Shown here one piece after another: positions 57,455-64,000 of a stretch of DNA of 64,000 bases. A program made the translations under genes and the position numbers. Each line of letters opens with the position of its first letter. Positions within the stretch are counted from its first letter, which is position 1. Origin of the DNA: Octopus sinensis (Eukaryota); contig NW_021831826.1 in assembly GCF_006345805.1 (NCBI RefSeq), positions 275 to 64,274 on the forward strand, in the 5' to 3' direction. The notes beneath the pieces were generated by a model. The model made no database searches. It saw only the letters and a list, made by a program, of their open reading frames with translations, and was not told the DNA's origin.

Positions 57455-57731
57455 CACACAACACAACACACAAACAATATAAGTGAGTTGTGTATGTGCG
57501 TGTATTCATTCAAATAATTACTAAAATATATAGCTGCACCAGGTGGGGAAATTCCGTTTGTACAATCGTTTCCGAGTATAATTATTTGATAAACAAACCA
57601 CTTGACAAACAGTAAGAAGTAGACATTTATATACATTTTAATACAGAATAAGCAGGATAAGAAGAAAAAGGCGTAGCAGAGAGTCGCTGAGGAGATCACA
57701 GTATGTGAGACAAAGAATTTATATAATACTA

Positions 57732-57767
<36 letters not shown>

Positions 57768-57805
57768 TAATAATAATAATAATAATAATAACAACAATAA
57801 TAATA

Positions 57806-58021
57806 GTCGTTCCTACTATAAGCACAAAGCCTGACATATTCTTGGATGGGGGGAGTTAGTCGATTACATAGCCCCTAGTACTCACTGGTATTTAATTTAT
57901 AGCCTCGAAATGTTGAAATGTGAAGTTGACCTCGGGGGATTTGAACTCAGAAACTAATGATGGATGAAATACTACCAAGCATTTTGCCCGGCGTGCTAAC
58001 GATTCTGCCAGCTAAACCTCA

Positions 58022-58053
<32 letters not shown>

Positions 58054-58449
58054 TAATAATAATAATAATAATAATAATTATCTTGTCTACTGGAAGCACA
58101 AGGACTAGTCCATTACATCGATCACAGTGTGTAACTGGTACTTAATTTATCGTCTCCGAAAGGATGAAGAGCAAAGTCGATCTAAGCGGAATTTGAACTC
58201 AGAATGTAGTGAGAGACGAAATACTTATCTCTTTACTACCCACAAGGGGCTAAACACAGAGAGGGCAAACAAGGACAGACACGCTGATTAAGTTGATTAT
58301 ATCGCCTCCAGTGCGTAACTGGTACTTATTTAATCGACTACAAAAGGATGAAAGGCAATATCGACCTCGGTGGAATTTGGACTCGGTGGAATTTGAACTC
58401 AGAACGTAACCGCAGACGAAATACTTCTAAGCGTTTCCCCCGGCGTACC

Positions 58450-58483
<34 letters not shown>

Positions 58484-58750
58484 TAAAGTGAATATCAAAT
58501 ATATATTGCGCGTGTTTCATTGGCAACAGACGACCATCTCCAAATAGAAGAATTTCTGTTTTAACACCCAATTTCAAAAATGCATGAACGTAATAATATT
58601 AAATATTAAGTAGAAATATTCCGCCGAGGTTGTCTTTGCCTTTTATCCTTTCGGGGTCGATGAAATGAATATCAGTTATATACTGCGGTCGATGTAATCA
58701 ACTTACTCCTCCCCTGAAATTGCTGGTGTTGTAGCAAAATTTGGAATCAA
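57806..58750 (-). mobile_element. SINE-B cluster (U5)
   Basis: Shares the 16-bp duplication and the collapse pattern with U3. Confidence 0.78.
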
Positions 58751-58898
58751 AGTGTAGGAGAAATAAAACAAAACACAGCATCACTCACTAATGGATACCA
58801 TGTTAATGGTTTTAACAAATTATAAAGTGAACGGCTTGGAGAGTGTTTCATCTTTATGCGTGTTTCCTTGGATTGAATCTGTGTAGGGGGGCATGTTT

Positions 58899-59620
58899 AG
58901 GCGCGGCTGTGTGGTAAGACGCTTGCTTCCAAATTTGGATTCGGGTTCAGTTCCACTGCGTGGAACTCTACATAAATGTCTTCTACTGTAGCCATTGGAC
59001 TCTCAAAATCTTCATACGTGGATTTTGTAGATGGAAACGGAAAGAAGCCTATCGTGACTATTCTTTTACTTGTTTCAGTCATTTGACTGCGGCCATGTGG
59101 AGCTCCGCCTTTAGTCGAACAATCGACCCTAAGACTTAACCTTTGTAATCCTAGTACTTTTCTATATCATTTTATTTTCCAGAACCGCTATGTTACAGGG
59201 ACGTAAGCACACCAACAACATCGGTTGTCAAATGATGGTGGAGGGACAAATATAGACACACAAATACACACACACACATACGACGGCTTATTTGAGTTTC
59301 CATCTATGAAATCCACTCACAAGACTATGGTCGGCCCTTGGCTATAGTAGAATACACTCAGCCAAAATGTCTCGCAACGGGACTGAACACGGAACCATGT
59401 GTTTCATACTCTACGGCCACTTCTATGTCTATATATGTCTGTCTGTATGTATCAGTGTGTGTGTCTTTGTGTCAGTGTTTGTCCCACCGCTTGATGACCT
59501 GTGTTGGTGTGTTTACGTTCTGGTAACTTAGCGGTTCACCCAATATACTCCATAAAATAAGTACAAGGCTTAAAAAATTAAGTACAGAGGTCAATTAGTT
59601 CGACTCAAAACTTCTCAAAC
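58899..59620. mobile_element. Nested SINE-A pair, U6
   Basis: Same arrangement as 48-750. Confidence 0.78.
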
Positions 59621-60901
59621 CAGTGCCATCTCTATATATACACATAATCCTTTCCGAGCCATGTTCGTTAAAGGAATTGTTCGTTACACGAGAAATTGAA
59701 ATACATACGAATAGAAGAAATCCGTTCATGCCACTCCCCAAAGCCACATAAAAGTATATATTATACCTTAGCGTTGATACAAAAGAGAATCATGTAAAAG
59801 GTCGAATGTAGTGTGACTGCTCAGTTTGGTTTACCACTAAAACACCGGTTTGAACAGAAAAATGTGGTGCAGAAATTGGGTATCATGGTTTTAAGGTGTG
59901 GTTGATCATTGAGCGGAGGGACATAAATTATAACAGATTAGGAGCAAGAAAATCATTTAGCCTTTTTCAAGAACATTCATTTTATAATTTATAATATAAG
60001 TATTTTGTTGTGTGTGTGTGTGTTGTGTGTGTGTGTGTGTGTGTGTGTGAGTTTTTGTGTCTATGTTTGTTCACACACCATCGCTTACAACCGATGTTGG
60101 TGAGTTTACGTCCATGTAGATTAGTGTTTCAGCAAGGAGACTCATAGAATAAGTACAAGTCTTATATAATAAGTTCGGTGAAAAAGCATTGCTCCAGCAT
60201 GGCTGCAGTGAAATGGCTGAAACAATAAAAGAACTGTGCAGAGTGGTTACAAATATGCACAAAAAAGAAAATGCGGAAATGCATAATATCCTTAATCGAG
60301 GATATTATTCGTTCCCAGTCTTTTGGGAAACCATGGAGTTCTCACATAAATGTGTCTGGTATTTTCGTGATCGAAGAGTTAGTAAAGTTTCCAGGAAAGT
60401 CCCTGGCAAAGGATAATGGAAATTAACAGTTGCATCTTTGAATAGAAAGTGAATCAGATTTGGAAGGCCTTGGAAGAGTCTATTATTGGGCGAATGAGAA
60501 ATATATGAGAGTATATAGAGATTAGTCTATATAGTGAAGGGGTGTTTGACTTGGGGTTTAAAAGGATGAATGTATACACACACATATATACAGAGGGAGA
60601 CATACACATACACACACGCACTAACATATGCAAACACACACAGACACACACACAGACACATATGCAGTGGCATATTCCTATTGATATACACACAGTCAGA
60701 TACACACACTTACGCGGCCATACGTACACATCCATACGTATGAGTTTAGAAATGGACAGATAAAGGTCTGTTTGCACGCACAGACACACCCACATACAAA
60801 TTCTCGCAGAGAAAGAGAGAGAGGAGAGTATTGTTTAGTAATTAAGTCGAGTAAAAGCAGATGTATAAACACCTGTCGCCTCATTGTATATTTGACTACC
60901 A

Positions 60902-62048
60902 ATGTGGGCCAGAGTGATTAAATCGCCAAACTGGAAATACCCAGGACCGGATAGCGTACAAGGATATTGGCTGAAAATTTCCCCAGCAGTACACAGAAGA
61001 ATAGCCAAGCAAATATATAAAATGATCAACAACGGGGTCAAAAATCCCAAAGAGGCTGACCAAAAGTCAAACATTCTTTGCCAAAATAATCCCAACAAAG
61101 CAATGCAGTGGATAATCACCGGCTATCACCTGTCTGCCCCTCATGTGGAAGCTGATGACAGGAATAATATCTAATTAGGTGTATGATTTCTGGAAATAAA
61201 TTACAAAGCACCAGTGGAACAGAAAGGGTACAGAAAGAATAGCCAAGGGACACTTACAGACTAATATGGTTTCAGAACGGAAAATGAAAAGGGAGACAGT
61301 GTTTGTAAGCAACGCACACGATCAGGCATTCATAACTAACTACATAAAATCCAAATAGACAAAAACCAGGCAAATTCCAATGTAGAGACTTTTAACATGA
61401 TTTCACACAGAAAAGGGAGTCAGCAGTGAAGGCCAGATAGCAAGAAAGTAATATCACTGAAGGCAGAGAATCATAAGTGCTTCGGAGTATTAGAATCTGA
61501 GAGTGTACTAACAATGGAAATGAAAACAAAAATAGCTAAGGAGTACATCGGAAGGTTGAAGAAGCTAATGAAGGAAAGCGAAGGGTTCTAAATCTAGTAA
61601 AGGTTGTAAAAACTTTGGGAAGTGTCGTTACTTCGGTATTCAGCAGAATTTGTTGATGGAAAAGATCTGAATTAGCAAATCTAGACAGAAGAACTAGGAA
61701 GGAATTCAATATGAATAGAGGACTTCAGCCTCGATTAGGAAGAGCAAGATTGCACTTACTTAGAATAACGAAGGTGGAAGCGGTTAATATCAGCAGAAAG
61801 TAGGGTAGAGTTAGCTAGAGTGATATATATAATAATGAATAAAATTTATGATTTGCCTCAGTTATAGTAGGAGATAGGAAGGAAAAAGCCAAATGAAATT
61901 AAAACAATAAAAAAAGTAGGAAGATAATCTAACTGACAAGAGAATGTATGGCAATGTCGATTGGCAAAGATAGTTGCAGGAAATAGTAATATTGAGACAT
62001 GGTTATGGTGCTGAAAGGAAGCTGAAAAGGGAGACAGAGTTTCTAAGC
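60902..62048 (+). mobile_element. Decayed R4/Dong-like RT remnant (U6; RT core deleted)
   Basis: ORF 60902-61174. Deletion junction at 61414/61415. Confidence 0.85.
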
Positions 62049-63383
62049 AAAAATTAATTGTAAGGTCGGACTTATATTTCGGGAGATCTATGAAAATTAA
62101 CATCCACATCATGTGATGTATTACAATAATGATGCAGGTGTAGGTTTCAGGACTAATGATTGTCCATTACTTGAACGTTTGCGCTATCAGCCCTATCGTA
62201 AGCATTTGAGACAATGATATTCATTGTCCCACACCCTCCGTCTTAACCACGGAAAGAACACAACACACATTGCGATGTAAGTAAATCAACGGCATGATCA
62301 TGGCCGAAACGCCTCTGATCATAGTCTTGTCATCATTGAACAACAAGCATTCTTTACAAATAACTGAAATATATTCTGCGAAACGAGGAAAAATTGGCGG
62401 GTTTCCATTTTAGTAACTAGAGCGATGAGGTCGTATTTTTGAGCAGATATCGCCATCCCAGTAATCGGTAAAACTATGGCGTTTGTTTTAGAAAAGCGAC
62501 AAGTAGATAAGAATATTCTGTGGGTGTTGTCAGGACATATGAAAAATAAAGTTTTGGTAATATAATAGAATTCGAGGACATGAAATCGTGATTAAGGTCG
62601 TGATTTCAGATCCTGGGATGATTGGTGTTTTTTGCGCAGAACAATTCATCTTATGTTGCACAGCGACCATTTCAACACTCGACGTGTAGGAATGGTGACT
62701 AGCTGGAAAATGGATTTATTTTCGGGATATTAAAGAATTTCAGCCAATCACATACATCAAGAAAAAATACTGCCACTCTCGTTTTAAAAATAATTAGAGA
62801 ATTATTACCACAGCGTATTTCATTCAGTATTCTTATCGGATAGCACCTGGAAGGTTGAGACAAAAAACTTAATGAGGCAATAGAATATTCCGATAAGTGG
62901 ATAAAACTTTTAATTTCTGTCAAAAATTCAAACCGAAGTCATATTTGGGGCCGGCTCTATAAAGGTAAACCAATTTTTGTTACTTTTCTTTTAAGATTTA
63001 ACATTTGTATCTACACACACACGTATATATGATTTATTTTCCCCTCTCTCTATATATTTCTATAACTATGCAGCTTAATAGAATAACGTTGTTCCTGACG
63101 ATCATTTGTCGGTGAGCATTTGATTCCAAGCAACCATAACGTTGTTACACGCACGTAAGAACTATTATTTAAATATTTGTTTGTCCTGTTCATCATATAT
63201 ATAGACTTATACATAAACACACATGCATAAGCGTGGCTATATGGAAAGAAACATGGGTCGCAAGCAAATAGTTCCAGGTTCAGTTCCACTGCATGGCAAT
63301 TTGGGAAAGTGTCTTCTACTTTAGACTTGGGCCGTCCAAAGTCTTACGAGTGGATTTGGTAGACGGAAACCGAAAGAAGTTCG

Positions 63384-63563
63384 TTATATATATATATATA
63401 CGTATATATATATATATATTATATATATATATATAATATATATATAATATATATTATACATATATATATGTATATATATATATATATATATATACTATAT
63501 ATATATATATATATGTATAATATATGTATATATGTATATATATATGTATATATAATAAATATG

Positions 63564-63596
<33 letters not shown>

Positions 63597-63632
63597 ATAT
63601 TATATATATATATATATATTATATATATATAT

Positions 63633-63665
<33 letters not shown>
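63384..63665. repeat. ~280-bp (TA)n tract at the array boundary
   Basis: Direct reading. Confidence 0.97.
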
Positions 63666-63667
<2 letters not shown>

Positions 63668-63887
63668 AAATGGATAAATGAATTATCTTGTAACGGATTA
63701 TTCAAATTATAACCGATACCTGGGTAGCATAAATCACAACAGAAAAATCACGGTTGGGGTATCGCAACCGTGCCTTAGTGCGGATAATTGAAGTTTTATA
63801 TATTTAGTGAGGGAAGAAATGCAGCTGGACGAAGATTTTACAAAATTCCTTTTTATTATTTTCTACATATGTTTCAAAGGCTGCAAA

Positions 63888-64000
63888 GTCCCTAATTCGG
63901 ATTGAATAAGGAGACCATTTTGCAGCTTTCTCTTAAGTTCCTGGATTTTCCTGAAGAGAAAGCTGCAAAATGGTCTCCTTATTCAATCCGAATTAGGGAC
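63888..64000. repeat. Perfect inverted repeat: 47-bp arms, 19-nt spacer
   Basis: 63888-63934 GTCCCTAATTCGGATTGAATAAGGAGACCATTTTGCAGCTTTCTCTT is the exact reverse complement of 63954-64000. Confidence 0.97.

Larger units (their letters stand above)
46509..58852 (+). repeat. Unit U5 (long type, mosaic)
   Basis: The 5' part shares deletions with U2a/U6 and the 3' part matches U3. It uniquely retains the whole 556-bp RT segment 49120-49675. Confidence 0.92.
58853..63669 (+). repeat. Unit U6 (truncated terminal unit)
   Basis: Follows the unit to the SINE-internal TA tract at 63384, then switches to unrelated sequence after TATATTGAA. Confidence 0.9.

Overview
Eukaryotic, gene-free, AT- and microsatellite-rich DNA. 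I infer an octopod cephalopod from recall of its SINE sequences; no search was run. Bases 1 to ~63,669 are a head-to-tail tandem array of a 9-14 kb unit: U1 1-9082, U2a 9083-20506, internally deleted U2b 20504-23553, U3 23554-37360, U4 37361-46508, U5 46509-58852 and truncated U6 58853-63669. Each unit is a mosaic of transposon debris: two tRNA-type SINE families (including a SINE nested in antisense inside another), a decayed R4/Dong-like RT LINE, a decayed Penelope-like GIY-YIG end, and (TA)n/(CA)n/(AAT)n tracts. Shared indels show the units are recombinant mosaics. U3 alone carries a young 5'-truncated R4/Dong-like insertion (zinc knuckle plus restriction-like endonuclease) in an (AAT)n tract; the other units have the empty site. 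The array ends at an expanded (TA)n tract. It is followed by ~330 bp of unrelated sequence ending in a perfect 47-bp inverted repeat that runs to the last base of the window. I cannot support any host protein-coding gene, rRNA, tRNA or CRISPR array. Nearly all supplied ORFs are microsatellite or transposon artefacts. Coordinates were counted by eye and element edges are approximate.
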